From Mycobacteriales bacterium (GTDB taxonomy: Bacteria > Actinomycetota > Actinomycetes > Mycobacteriales > CADCTP01), in NCBI GenBank assembly GCA_045806925.1, contig JBJMII010000123.1:1806-65805 (forward strand): 64,000 nucleotides of DNA. Direction: 5' to 3'. Every line of letters begins with the position of its first letter. Position 1 is the first letter of the stretch. The position numbers and the translations under genes were made by a program. This document shows, piece by piece, positions 17,920-26,971 of the stretch. Below the pieces are notes generated by a model, which saw only the letters and a list, made by a program, of their open reading frames with translations, did no database searches and had not been told where the DNA came from.

Positions 17920-19634
17920 ATCTTCTCCAACAGGTGATGGCCCGCCACCACCGCCAGCGCGAGGGTCTTGTAGCCACCGGCGTCGAAGAGGACCACCACC
18001 CGGTCGCCCTCCTCGTAGGTCTGGACACTGCCGGCGCCCCACTCCGGGTGCCGGACCCGCTGGCCGACGGCGAACGGGCGGTCCGCGGAGTCCAGACTCT
18101 CGCCGCGGTCGCAGTTGTCGCAGTGCCCGCACCGCTCCGGGTGCGACTCGCCGAGCAGCTCCAGTACAATCCGCCGCCGGCAGTCGGTGGAGTCCGCGTA
18201 CGTCCGGACCATCTCGACCGCCGACTTCGCGTACTGCCGGTGCAGCTCCCGCCGGTCGGCGGCGGCCTGGGCCAGCTCGGCGGCGGGAACGTCCCGGCGG
18301 GCGCCGGTCGCGGACACCCGGCGGTCCCGGCCGGACCGGACGGCGCCGGCGGCCTCCAGCTCGTTCACCATCGCGGTGATCCGGGCGGCGGACAGCCCGG
18401 TGCTCCCGGCCAGCGCCTTGCGTGATATCGGGCCGTCGGCGCGGACGGCCTCCAGCACGCCGGTCAGCTCCGGCACCGTCGGCCCGCCGCCGGCGGCGAA
18501 GAACCGGGGCAGCTGCAGGTCGGACGGCAGGTAGAACAGCGCGGCCCGGGCCGGCTCGCGGTCCCGGCCGGCCCGGCCGATCTCCTGGTAGTACGCGTCG
18601 AGGGAGTCCGGCGGCTCGGTGTGGAAGACGAAGCGCACGTCCGGCTTGTCGACGCCCATGCCGAAGGCGCTGGTCGCGACGATGACATCGACCTTGCCGG
18701 TCATGAAGGCGTCCTGGGCGGCCTCCCGGTCGGTCCGGGACAGCCCGCCGTGGTAGTGCACCGCGTCCACCCCGTTGTCCCGGAGCAGCGCGGCGAGCTC
18801 CTCGGTCCGCTTGTGGGTGGCGGCGTAGACGATGCCCGGGCCACCGGGCGCGACCCTGCCGGAGCCGGTCGGCAGCCTCGGCGGCTCGTGCGCCGACCGC
18901 CCGGACACCTCTTCGTGGTCCGGCTCGCCGTGCAGCGCGAGCAGCACCTGGCGGAGCAGCTCGTCCCGCTTCCCGGCTTCCGAGCCGACCAGGTCGACGC
19001 CGAGCCAGATGTTCGGCCGGTCGGCGTCCCGGACCACGACCGCGGGATCGCGCATGCGCAGCCGGCGGGTGATCTCCTCGCGCACCCGCGGCGAGGCGGT
19101 CGCGGTGAGCGCGAGCAGCCGCGGCGAGCCGAGCGCGCGGACCACCGAGCCGAGCGCCAGGTAGTCCGGCCGGAAGTCGTGGCCCCAGTCGCTGATGCAG
19201 TGCGCCTCGTCGACCACCAGCAGGGAGACCGGGGCGCGGCGCAGCTCGGCCAGCACCTCCTCGTTGGCCAGCTGCTCCGGGGCCAGCAGCAGGAACTCCA
19301 GCCGCCCCGCGGTGAAGTCCGCCAGCGCCGCACGGCGCTGGGCGACCGGCAGCGTGCCGTTGAGCAGCGCCGCCTTCTCCCCGGCCCGGCCCAGCGCGGA
19401 CAGCTGGTCATGCTGCAGCGCGATGGTCGGCGACACCACCAGGGTGACGCCGTCGATCAGCTTGGCCGCCACTACGTAGACCAGCGTCTTGCCGGAGCCG
19501 GAGGCGAGGACCGCCAGCGTGTCCCGCTCCAGCACCGCCTCGATCGCCTCGGCCTGACCGGGCCGGAAGTCGTCGGTGCCCGCCACCTCGCGGGCGGCCG
19601 CGCGGACGGCTGCACCGTCGGCTTCGCTGGTCAC
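17916..19634 (-). CDS. recQ: RecQ-family ATP-dependent DNA helicase
   Basis: Helicase motifs are present: FRPGQAEAI, SGSGKTLVY, DEAHCISDWGHDFRPDY, ALTATA and a C4 zinc region. The C-terminal 52 aa resemble a PcrA/UvrD Tudor-like tail. Confidence 0.9.
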   Translation of the reverse strand: MTSEADGAAVRAAAREVAGTDDFRPGQAEAIEAVLERDTLAVLASGSGKTLVYVVAAKLIDGVTLVVSPTIALQHDQLSALGRAGEKAALLNGTLPVAQRRAALADFTAGRLEFLLLAPEQLANEEVLAELRRAPVSLLVVDEAHCISDWGHDFRPDYLALGSVVRALGSPRLLALTATASPRVREEITRRLRMRDPAVVVRDADRPNIWLGVDLVGSEAGKRDELLRQVLLALHGEPDHEEVSGRSAHEPPRLPTGSGRVAPGGPGIVYAATHKRTEELAALLRDNGVDAVHYHGGLSRTDREAAQDAFMTGKVDVIVATSAFGMGVDKPDVRFVFHTEPPDSLDAYYQEIGRAGRDREPARAALFYLPSDLQLPRFFAAGGGPTVPELTGVLEAVRADGPISRKALAGSTGLSAARITAMVNELEAAGAVRSGRDRRVSATGARRDVPAAELAQAAADRRELHRQYAKSAVEMVRTYADSTDCRRRIVLELLGESHPERCGHCDNCDRGESLDSADRPFAVGQRVRHPEWGAGSVQTYEEGDRVVVLFDAGGYKTLALAVVAGHHLLEKI

Positions 19635-19768
19635 GCGCCCTCGCTACCCCGGCCGGTCCGCGGCCAACCGGAGCCGCGTCCTAGTCGAGGTGCGGGCACA
19701 GCAGGCTCATGCCGGGCAAACGAGCCGCTTGGCCCGGTCCGTTCCCGGGCGGTACGGTGACAGCACCA

Positions 19769-19861
19769 CACACGGGAGCCCGACGCATCGGGCTGAGAGG
19801 GCGGCTGAGCGGCCGCCGACCGTCGGAACCTGTCCGGGTCATGCCGGCGTAGGGAGCGTGC
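19769..19861 (+). promoter_or_regulatory. TPP (THI-box) riboswitch
   Basis: The sequence CACGGGAGCCCGACGCAUCGGGCUGAGAGG...GGAACCUGUCCGGGUCAUGCCGGCGUAGGGAGCGUG carries the conserved CUGAGA and ACCUG-UCCGG-N-AUGCCGGCG-AGGGA cores. The 3' strand contains the GGGAG SD, 3-4 nt before the ATG at 19863. Confidence 0.85.
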
Positions 19862-19862
19862 G

Positions 19863-21179
19863 ATGGCTGTCACGGCCGACCGTCCGATCGAGGCTCCGGC
19901 GACGCTGGCCGAGGACCAGCCGCGGTCGCTCGGCTTCGCCGACCAGCTGGGTCTGTGGGCCAACCTCGGGATCAGCCTGCTCATCCCGGTCACCGCGACC
20001 TTCCTGGTCGCGCCCGGCCAGTCCTTCGTGGCCACCGTGGTGGCGATCGGCGCCGGCACCGCACTCGGCTGTGCCCTGCTCGCACTCGTCGCCCGCGCCG
20101 GCGCCGAGACCGGCGTGCCGACGATGGTGCTGCTGCGGGGCCTGCTCGGTCGCCGGGGGTCGTACGTGCCGACCGCGCTCAACCTGCTGCAGTGCGTCGG
20201 CTGGGCCGCGTACGAGGTGTGGATCATCGCCTTCGCCGCGCAGGCGGTGTGGGCCGGGCTGCCCCGCTGGGCGTACGTGCTGCTGGCCGGCGGCGTCGCG
20301 ACCGCGATGGCGCTGCGCCCGCTCGGCTCGGTCCGGCTGCTCAAGCGGATCGCCGTGGTCGCGGTCGTCGCCAGCTCCGCGTACTTCCTGGTCGAGACCG
20401 CGCGCCGGCCGCTCGGCGAGCTCACCGCGGGCAGCTGGGACGGCTTCTGGATCTCGATGGACCTGGTCATCGCGCTGCCGGTGTCCTGGATCCCGCTGGT
20501 CGCGGACTACTCCCGGTTCTCCCGGAGCGGGCGGGCGGCCGCGATCGGCACCGGCGTCGGGTACGCGCTGTCGTCCGCCGCCTTCTTCCTGCTCGGCGTG
20601 CTCGCGCTGCGGGCGTACGGGACCGGGCCGGGCAACGACGTGGTCGGCGCGCTGCTCGCGGTGCCGGCCGGCGCGGTCGCGCTGGTCATCCTCGCCGTCT
20701 GCGAGGTGGACGAGGCCTTCGCGAACATCTACTCGACCGCGACCAGCGTGCAGAACGTGGTGCCGCGCGCGGACCGGCGGCTGCTCGCGCTCGGCGTGGG
20801 CGCGGTCGCGACGCTGCTCGCGCTGGCCATCGACGGCGCCGCGTACGAGCCCTTCCTGCTCCTGATCGGGGCGGTCTTCGTGCCGCTCGCCGGCACCTTC
20901 CTGGTCGACTTCGCGCTGTCCCGCGGCGGCTACGACACGTCGGCGGACGCGCCGGCCCGGTGGCGCATGCTGGCGCCCTGGGCGGCCGGCTTCGCGGCGT
21001 ACCAGCTGACCACGCCGACGATCCTGGCGAAGTGGCCCGGCTGGGAGGGCTTCTGGCGGGACGCGCAGGATCTGCTCCACATCTCGCCGACCAACGGCTT
21101 CTCCGCCTCGATCGTCGCGCTGGTGGTCGCGGGGCTGGTCACGCCACTGGCCCGCGGTCGGCGTACGGTCCGTTCATGA
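19863..21179 (+). CDS. cytX: NCS1-family permease, CytX-like (hydroxymethylpyrimidine/thiamine-precursor transporter)
   Basis: This 438-aa, 12-TM protein belongs to the cytosine/purine/thiamine permease family and sits directly behind a TPP riboswitch, the classic CytX context. Confidence 0.8.
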   Translation: MAVTADRPIEAPATLAEDQPRSLGFADQLGLWANLGISLLIPVTATFLVAPGQSFVATVVAIGAGTALGCALLALVARAGAETGVPTMVLLRGLLGRRGSYVPTALNLLQCVGWAAYEVWIIAFAAQAVWAGLPRWAYVLLAGGVATAMALRPLGSVRLLKRIAVVAVVASSAYFLVETARRPLGELTAGSWDGFWISMDLVIALPVSWIPLVADYSRFSRSGRAAAIGTGVGYALSSAAFFLLGVLALRAYGTGPGNDVVGALLAVPAGAVALVILAVCEVDEAFANIYSTATSVQNVVPRADRRLLALGVGAVATLLALAIDGAAYEPFLLLIGAVFVPLAGTFLVDFALSRGGYDTSADAPARWRMLAPWAAGFAAYQLTTPTILAKWPGWEGFWRDAQDLLHISPTNGFSASIVALVVAGLVTPLARGRRTVRS

Positions 21180-21589
21180 GCGTCTTCACCGATGCCGAGC
21201 GGGAGTACCTGACCGGCTCCACGATGGGCCGGATGGCTACCGTCGGTCCGGACGGCCAGCCGCACCTGGTCCCGGTCACCTTCGCCTTCAACGCGGCGGA
21301 GGACGCCATCGACGTCGGCGGCATCGACTTCGGCAACTCCAAGAAGTGGCGGGACGGCAAGCGCAACCCCAGGGTCACGTTCCTGGTCGACGAGTCGTGG
21401 GGCACGGGCGCGAAGGCGATCGAGATCCGCGGCACGGCCGAGGCGCACGAGACCGGCGGCGAGTCGATCCACCCGCGGTTCCCGAACTTCAAGCCCCAGT
21501 TCCTCCGGATCCGGCCACACCGGATCGTCGCCTGGGGCGTGGAGCCGGCCGGCGAGGGCACCTTCTCCGTGAACGCCCGGGACGTCTGA
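21176..21589 (+). CDS. PPOX-class (pyridoxamine-5'-phosphate-oxidase-like) F420/FMN-binding protein
   Basis: The sequence MSVFTDAEREYLTGSTMGRMATVGPDGQPHLVPVTFAF...KWRDGKRNPRVTFLVDE is typical of PPOX-class probable F420-dependent enzymes. Its ATG overlaps the cytX stop (ATGA at 21176-21179). Confidence 0.85.
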   Translation: MSVFTDAEREYLTGSTMGRMATVGPDGQPHLVPVTFAFNAAEDAIDVGGIDFGNSKKWRDGKRNPRVTFLVDESWGTGAKAIEIRGTAEAHETGGESIHPRFPNFKPQFLRIRPHRIVAWGVEPAGEGTFSVNARDV

Positions 21590-21596
21590 GGTCCCG

Positions 21597-22733
21597 GTGG
21601 GCCTCCGCTGGGCGGCGGTGCGGGCCCGGCGGCTGGCCCGGCACGGGCTCGCGGTGCCGTTCGACGCCTCGCCGGCGGCGGTGGCGCGCGCCATCTGCGG
21701 GGCGCACGCGCAGGTGATGTCCGCCGCCGAGCTGTCCGTCGCGCTGCGGCTCGCCGGCGGCACCCGGCGGGCCGTGCAGGCCGCGCTGTGGACCGACCAC
21801 ACCCTGGTCAAGACCTTCGGCCCGCGCGGCACCGTGCACCTGCTGCCGACCGAGGACCTGCCGATGTGGACCGGGGCGCTGTCCGCGCTGCCGGCGCACT
21901 CGCCCTTCCCCGACGACGTCCGGCTCAGGCCGGAGCAGACCGAGGCGGTGCTGGACGGGATCGCGGCGGTGCTCGCGGACGCCGAGCTGACCGTGGACGA
22001 GCTGACGGCGGCGCTGGCGGACACGGTCGGCCCGTGGGCGGCCGAGAAGGTGATGCCGGCCTTCCAGGAGCTCTGGCCGCGCTGGCGGCAGGCGACCTCG
22101 CTGGCGGCGCACCGCGGGGTGCTGTGCTTCGGGCCCAACCGGGGCCGGAAGGTCACCTACACCGGCCCGCGCCGCTGGCTGCCCGGCCTGGCCCCGGCCC
22201 CGGACGGGGTCCGGGCGCTGCTGACCGCCTACCTGCACGCGTACGGGCCGGCTCGGCCGCGGGACTTCGCGCAGTGGCTGGCGGCGCCGCGGCCGTGGGC
22301 GGCTGCGGTCTTCGCCGAGCTGGGCGGCGAGCTGCGGCGGGTGGACGTCGACGGGGTCGAGGGCTGGCTGGTCGCCGGCGACGAGTCCTTCCCGGACACC
22401 GCGCCGGGCGGCGTTCGGCTGCTGCCGTACTTCGACGCGTACGCGGTGGGCAGCCACCCGCGGGAGCGGGTCTACCCCGGACCGGCCGCGGACCGCGCGC
22501 TGGCCGGCAGCCAGGCGGGCAACTTCCCGGTCCTGCTGATCGACGGCGTGGTCGCCGGCGTCTGGCACCAGCGCCGGGCCGGCAGGCGGCTGGCCGTCAC
22601 CGTCGAGCCGCTCACCCGCCTCTCCGCGGGCCGGCGGCGGGAGCTCGACGCGCAGGTGGACCGGGTCGGCGCGATCCTCGGCGGCATCGCCGAGCTGACG
22701 ATCGGCGAGGTCACGGTCGGCGCGCACGCGTGA
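21597..22733 (+). CDS. winged-helix DNA glycosylase of the YcaQ/AlkZ (HTH_42, DUF1006) family
   Basis: The N-terminus is RARRLARHGL, and VKTFGPRGTVHLLP and LLPYFDAY are present. Residues 37-39 are H-A-Q, at the position of the family's catalytic triad motif. Confidence 0.8.
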   Translation: MGLRWAAVRARRLARHGLAVPFDASPAAVARAICGAHAQVMSAAELSVALRLAGGTRRAVQAALWTDHTLVKTFGPRGTVHLLPTEDLPMWTGALSALPAHSPFPDDVRLRPEQTEAVLDGIAAVLADAELTVDELTAALADTVGPWAAEKVMPAFQELWPRWRQATSLAAHRGVLCFGPNRGRKVTYTGPRRWLPGLAPAPDGVRALLTAYLHAYGPARPRDFAQWLAAPRPWAAAVFAELGGELRRVDVDGVEGWLVAGDESFPDTAPGGVRLLPYFDAYAVGSHPRERVYPGPAADRALAGSQAGNFPVLLIDGVVAGVWHQRRAGRRLAVTVEPLTRLSAGRRRELDAQVDRVGAILGGIAELTIGEVTVGAHA

Positions 22734-22737
22734 GGCG

Positions 22738-24381
22738 TCAGGGCGCGTCCGCGGCGTCCACGGTGGGCAGCCGGTAGTCGGCGAACCGGGCCCGCAGGTC
22801 CTTCTTGGAGAACTTGCCGACCGACGTCTTCGGCACCTCGTCGATGAAGACCACGTCGTCCGGCAGCCACCACTTCGCCACCCGCGGCCGCAGGTAGTCG
22901 ATCAGCTCCTCCTTCGTCGCCGACGCGTCCGGCTTGAGCACCACCGCGGCCAGCGGGCGCTCCTGCCAGCGTGGGTGCGACACGCCGATCACCGCGGCCT
23001 CGGCGACCGCCGGGTGGCCCATCAGGTGGTTCTCCAGCTCGACCGAGCTGATCCACTCGCCGCCGGACTTGACCAGGTCCTTGGTCCGGTCGGACAGCCG
23101 GATGCTGCCGTGCGGGTCGATCGCGCCGACGTCGCCGGTACGCAGCCAGCCGTCCTCGGTGAACGAGTCCGTGCTCTGCTCGTCCCGGTAGTACGCCTTC
23201 GCGATCCACGGCCCGCGGACCTGCAGCTCGCCGGTCGCCTTGTCGTCCCAGGGCAGCTCGGTGACGGTCCCCGGCTCGACGATCCGGGCGTCCACGCCGA
23301 CCGGAGGGATGCCCTGCCGGGCCCGGGCGTCCGCGAGCTCGTCCTCGCCGAGCCCGTCGTACGCGCTGGGCATCCAGTTCACCGCGCCGAGCGGGCTGGT
23401 CTCGGTCATCCCCCAGGCGTGCAGGATGGGCAGGCCGACCTTCGCCCGGTACGCCTCGGACAGCGCCTTGGGCACCGCCGATCCACCGCACAGGATGCCG
23501 CGCAGCCGGGACAGGTCCCGGCCGTCGAGCTCGGCCAGCATGCCCATCCAGATCGTCGGCACCCCGGCGGTGAAGGTGACCTTCTCGTCCTCGAGCATCG
23601 AGGCGATCCGCTCCGGGGCCATCTGCGGCCCGGGCAGCACCAGCTCGGCGCCGGCGAAGAGCGGGGCCTGGGCGAAGCCCCAGCAGTTCGCGTGGAACAT
23701 CGGCACCACCGGCAGCACCCGGTCCCGCTCCGTCAGCCGGATGCCGCCGGCCGAGCTGGTCAGAGACTGCGCGTGCAGGTAGAGCGCGCGGTGCGAGTAG
23801 ACGACGCCCTTGGGGTTGCCGGTCGTGCCGGACGTGTAACACATCGCCGCCGCGGCATTCTCGTCCCGCACCTGGAAGTCCACCGGCGGCGCGTCGGCGA
23901 GCAGGTCGTCCAGCCGCAGCACCCGCGGGTCGTCCGGGATCTCGGTCGGTGCGCCGTCGTCCATCACCACCAGGTGCCGGACCGTCTCGAAGGTCGGCAC
24001 CAGCTTCCAGAACAGTGCGAGCAGCGACCGGTCGACGAAGACCACGTCGTCCTCGGCGTGGTTGACGACGTAGGTCAGCTGCTCCGGGAAGAGCCGGATG
24101 TTCAGCGCGTGCAGCACCCGGCCGGAGCACGGGGCCGCCCAGTAGAGACCGAGGTGGTCCGCCGTGTTCCAGGCGAAGGTGCCGACCCGGCCGTCCGCCG
24201 GCACGCCGAGCGCGTCCAGCACGCCGCCCAGCCGCCGGGTCCGGTCCGCCCACTCGGCGAGCGTGGTCCGCTCCCGGCCGGTCGCCGTCCCCCAGATGAT
24301 CTGCTTGCCGCCGAAGAGCCGCTCGGCCCGGTCGAACACCGGCGGCAGGGCCAGCGGGTAGTCCTGCATCAGTCCCTGCAC
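22738..24381 (-). CDS. long-chain/medium-chain fatty-acid--CoA ligase (AMP-binding)
   Basis: It has [20 protein letters not shown] and a C-terminal SVGKFSKK. The GTG at 24381 lies 5 nt after GAGGAGG (alternative ATG at 24369). The rest of the 733-aa ORF is a shadow extension. Confidence 0.9.
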   Translation of the reverse strand: MQGLMQDYPLALPPVFDRAERLFGGKQIIWGTATGRERTTLAEWADRTRRLGGVLDALGVPADGRVGTFAWNTADHLGLYWAAPCSGRVLHALNIRLFPEQLTYVVNHAEDDVVFVDRSLLALFWKLVPTFETVRHLVVMDDGAPTEIPDDPRVLRLDDLLADAPPVDFQVRDENAAAAMCYTSGTTGNPKGVVYSHRALYLHAQSLTSSAGGIRLTERDRVLPVVPMFHANCWGFAQAPLFAGAELVLPGPQMAPERIASMLEDEKVTFTAGVPTIWMGMLAELDGRDLSRLRGILCGGSAVPKALSEAYRAKVGLPILHAWGMTETSPLGAVNWMPSAYDGLGEDELADARARQGIPPVGVDARIVEPGTVTELPWDDKATGELQVRGPWIAKAYYRDEQSTDSFTEDGWLRTGDVGAIDPHGSIRLSDRTKDLVKSGGEWISSVELENHLMGHPAVAEAAVIGVSHPRWQERPLAAVVLKPDASATKEELIDYLRPRVAKWWLPDDVVFIDEVPKTSVGKFSKKDLRARFADYRLPTVDAADAP

Positions 24382-24518
24382 GGCGGCCTCCTCGCCCGTC
24401 GGATCACCTGCCCCGGAGCCTGCCACGTCACCGGCTCCGCGGCACTCCCCGGTCCGGACCAAGACAGTCGGGGCGGGGCGCTGGCACATCGGGCCGCGCG
24501 CCGCGGCCCGCCCGGCGC

Positions 24519-24863
24519 TCAGCCGGTCCAGAACGGGCGGAGCTCGAGCATGCCGAACGCGGCGACCGGGTGCTTCGAGGCGATCTCGATCGCCTCGTCG
24601 AGGTCGGCGCACTCCAGCACGTCGTAGCCGGCGATCTGCTCCTTGGTCTCCGCGAACGGGCCGTCCGAGAGCACGGTCCGCCCGCCGCGGACCCGGACCG
24701 TGGTGGCCTCCGCGGGCGGCCGCAGCCGGTCGCCGTCCAGCCGGCGCTTGCCCGTCTCGGCCACCCAGACGTCGGCGGGGTCGGGGGCGCCCGCCTCCAC
24801 CGGGTCGTCCTCCCGGCTCAGGTCGACCGACCCGTCCACGCACACCAGCATCAGGTACTTCAT
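24519..24863 (-). CDS. YCII-related (DGPF) domain protein
   Basis: The sequence MKYLMLVCVD...LSDGPFAETKEQIAGYDVLECADLDEAIEIASKHP matches the family. Its ATG overlaps the P450 stop (ATGA at 24860-24863). Confidence 0.85.
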   Translation of the reverse strand: MKYLMLVCVDGSVDLSREDDPVEAGAPDPADVWVAETGKRRLDGDRLRPPAEATTVRVRGGRTVLSDGPFAETKEQIAGYDVLECADLDEAIEIASKHPVAAFGMLELRPFWTG

Positions 24864-26113
24864 CGCTGCCTCCTCGTCCGTCGGCTTCCGGTCGTTGACG
24901 AACGGCCGGCGCCCGGATCGACACCGCCCGGATCGACACTCACCGGCAGGCTGGACAGCCCGCGCAGGACGAACTCGGGGCGCCGGACCGGCTCGCCGGC
25001 CAGCGCGAGGTGCGGGCAGCGGGCCAGCAGGGTGGCCAGCGAGACCTGCAGCTCGACCCGGGCGAGCGGGGCGCCGAGGCAGTAGTGGATGCCGGCGCCG
25101 AAGCCGAGGTGCGGGTTGACCGACCGCCGGACGTCGAGCCGGTCCGGGTCGGCGAAGACCGCGGGATCCCGGTTCGCGGCGCCGAGCAGCGCGGCGATCT
25201 TCTGGCCCGCCCGGACGGTCACCCCGCCGACCTCGGTGTCCCGCTTCGCGGTCCGCTCGAAGAGCTGCAGCGGCGAGTCGTACCGGATCAGCTCCTCGAC
25301 GGCGGTCTCCAGCAGCCCGGGCTCCGCGCGCAGGCGGGCCAGCTGGTCCGGGTGCCGGAGCAGCGCGAGCACCCCGTTGCCGACCACGTTCACGCTCGCC
25401 TCGTGCCCGGCCATCTGCAGCAGCACCGCGGTGGCGACCAGCTCGTCCTCGGACAGCCGGGACCCGTCCGCGTCCCGGATGCCGATCAGCCCGGACAGCA
25501 GGTCGGCTCCCGGCGAGCGGCGCCGGTACGCAACCAGCGACCGTACGTACGCGACGTACTCGGCCGCCGCCGTCTCCGCCGTGGCCCGCTGCGCCGGCGT
25601 CACGCCGTACTCGTACATCTTCACGATCGCGTTGGACCACGGCCGCAGCAGCCCGCGGTCGGCGTCCGGCACCCCGAGCAGGGCGGCGATCACCGCCACC
25701 GGCAGCGGCTCGGCGTACGCGGGGAGCAGGTCGACGGTCCCGGGGAAGTGGTCGGCCAGCCCCTCGGCCAGCTCGGCGGCGACGGCCGCGATCCGGGGCC
25801 GCAGCCGCTCCACCTGGCCGCGCCCGAAGCCAGCCGCGACCAGCCGGCGCAGGCGGGTGTGCACCGGCGGCTCGTTCTCCAGCATCGAGTGCACGTGCAG
25901 CAGCGTGAAGGCGTCCAGCGACTCCTCCGGCCACCTCGGCGTCCAGAGCCGGCCCAGCCGCCGGTCCCGGAGCACCGTGTCGGCCTCCGCGTACCCGAAC
26001 GTGAGGAACATGCCGAGCCCGTCGTGCCAGCAGACCGGCGCCCGGGCGCGTTCGGCGGCGAAGACCGGGTACGGGTCCGAGACGACCTCGCCGGACGCGG
26101 GATCGAAGTCCAC
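24860..26113 (-). CDS. cytochrome P450
   Basis: It has the heme loop FGAGIHYCLG, an EELIRY (ExxR) motif, and the I-helix LLQMAGHEAS. The N-terminus (V)DFDPASGEVVSDPYPVFA is typical of actinomycete P450s. The start GTG at 26113 is the best guess, with other GTGs at 26128 and 26134. Confidence 0.9.
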   Translation of the reverse strand: MDFDPASGEVVSDPYPVFAAERARAPVCWHDGLGMFLTFGYAEADTVLRDRRLGRLWTPRWPEESLDAFTLLHVHSMLENEPPVHTRLRRLVAAGFGRGQVERLRPRIAAVAAELAEGLADHFPGTVDLLPAYAEPLPVAVIAALLGVPDADRGLLRPWSNAIVKMYEYGVTPAQRATAETAAAEYVAYVRSLVAYRRRSPGADLLSGLIGIRDADGSRLSEDELVATAVLLQMAGHEASVNVVGNGVLALLRHPDQLARLRAEPGLLETAVEELIRYDSPLQLFERTAKRDTEVGGVTVRAGQKIAALLGAANRDPAVFADPDRLDVRRSVNPHLGFGAGIHYCLGAPLARVELQVSLATLLARCPHLALAGEPVRRPEFVLRGLSSLPVSVDPGGVDPGAGRSSTTGSRRTRRQR

Positions 26114-26155
26114 GACATCGCAGTCCACGACCACGAACGGTAGGACGATCGCAGC

Positions 26156-26971
26156 ATGGTGGGCAGGCCGGCCCGACCACTGGTGGTCGCACACCGCGGC
26201 TCGTCGTACGCGCTGGCGGAGCACACCCTGGGCGCGTACCTGCGGGCCGTCGACGAGGGTGCGGACGGGTTGGAGTGCGACGTCCGGCTGACCCGGGACG
26301 GCCACCTGGTCTGCGTGCACGACCGGCGGGTGGACCGCACCTCGTCCGGGCGCGGAGTGGTCTCCGAGTTCGACCTCGACGACCTGCGCTCGCTGGATTT
26401 CGGCTCCTGGCACGCCGAGCTGCCGACCTCCGCCGACGCGTTCATCGAGGAGCGGGACAGCACCGAGGCGCCGGTGCTCACCCTCGAACGGCTGCTGCAG
26501 GCGGTCACCGACGCCGGCTGGCCGGTCCGGCTCCTGGTCGAGACCAAGCATCCGACCCGGTACGCGGGGCTGGTCGAGCAGAAGCTGGTGGGGCTGCTGG
26601 AGCGCTTCGGGCTGGCGAAGCCGCCGGACCGGGCCGCGTCCCCGGTGGCCGTGATGAGCTTCGCGCCGGTCGCGCTGCGCCGGGTGCGGATGCTCGCGCC
26701 GCTGCTGCCGACCGTGCAGCTCTACGACCGGGTCCCGGTGCTGCGGCGGGACGGCTCGCTGCCCGCGGCCGCCGACATCGCCGGGCCGGGCGTGCACATC
26801 CTGCGGGCGCACCCGGGCTACGTACGCCGGGTGCACGCCCGGGGGCGCCCGGCCTACGTGTGGACCGTGGACGAGCCGGCGGACATCGACCTGGTGCTGG
26901 GGCTGGGCGTCGACGCGGTGATCACGAACCGGCCGACGGACGTGCTGGCTCGGCTGTCTCCGCACGGCTGA
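26156..26971 (+). CDS. glycerophosphodiester phosphodiesterase
   Basis: It has VVAHRGSSYALAEHTLGAY, ECDVRLTRDGHLVCVHD and a C-terminal GVDAVITNRP. Confidence 0.9.
   Translation: MVGRPARPLVVAHRGSSYALAEHTLGAYLRAVDEGADGLECDVRLTRDGHLVCVHDRRVDRTSSGRGVVSEFDLDDLRSLDFGSWHAELPTSADAFIEERDSTEAPVLTLERLLQAVTDAGWPVRLLVETKHPTRYAGLVEQKLVGLLERFGLAKPPDRAASPVAVMSFAPVALRRVRMLAPLLPTVQLYDRVPVLRRDGSLPAAADIAGPGVHILRAHPGYVRRVHARGRPAYVWTVDEPADIDLVLGLGVDAVITNRPTDVLARLSPHG

Noticed and set aside
26922-26971. The 50-nt overlap between the 3' ends of the MarR gene and the phosphodiesterase gene could signal a mis-called gene or antisense regulation.
   Set aside because: Both proteins have complete family motifs well outside the overlap. 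The MarR tail in the overlap is low-complexity and may simply be an unconstrained extension. Nothing further can be concluded from sequence alone.
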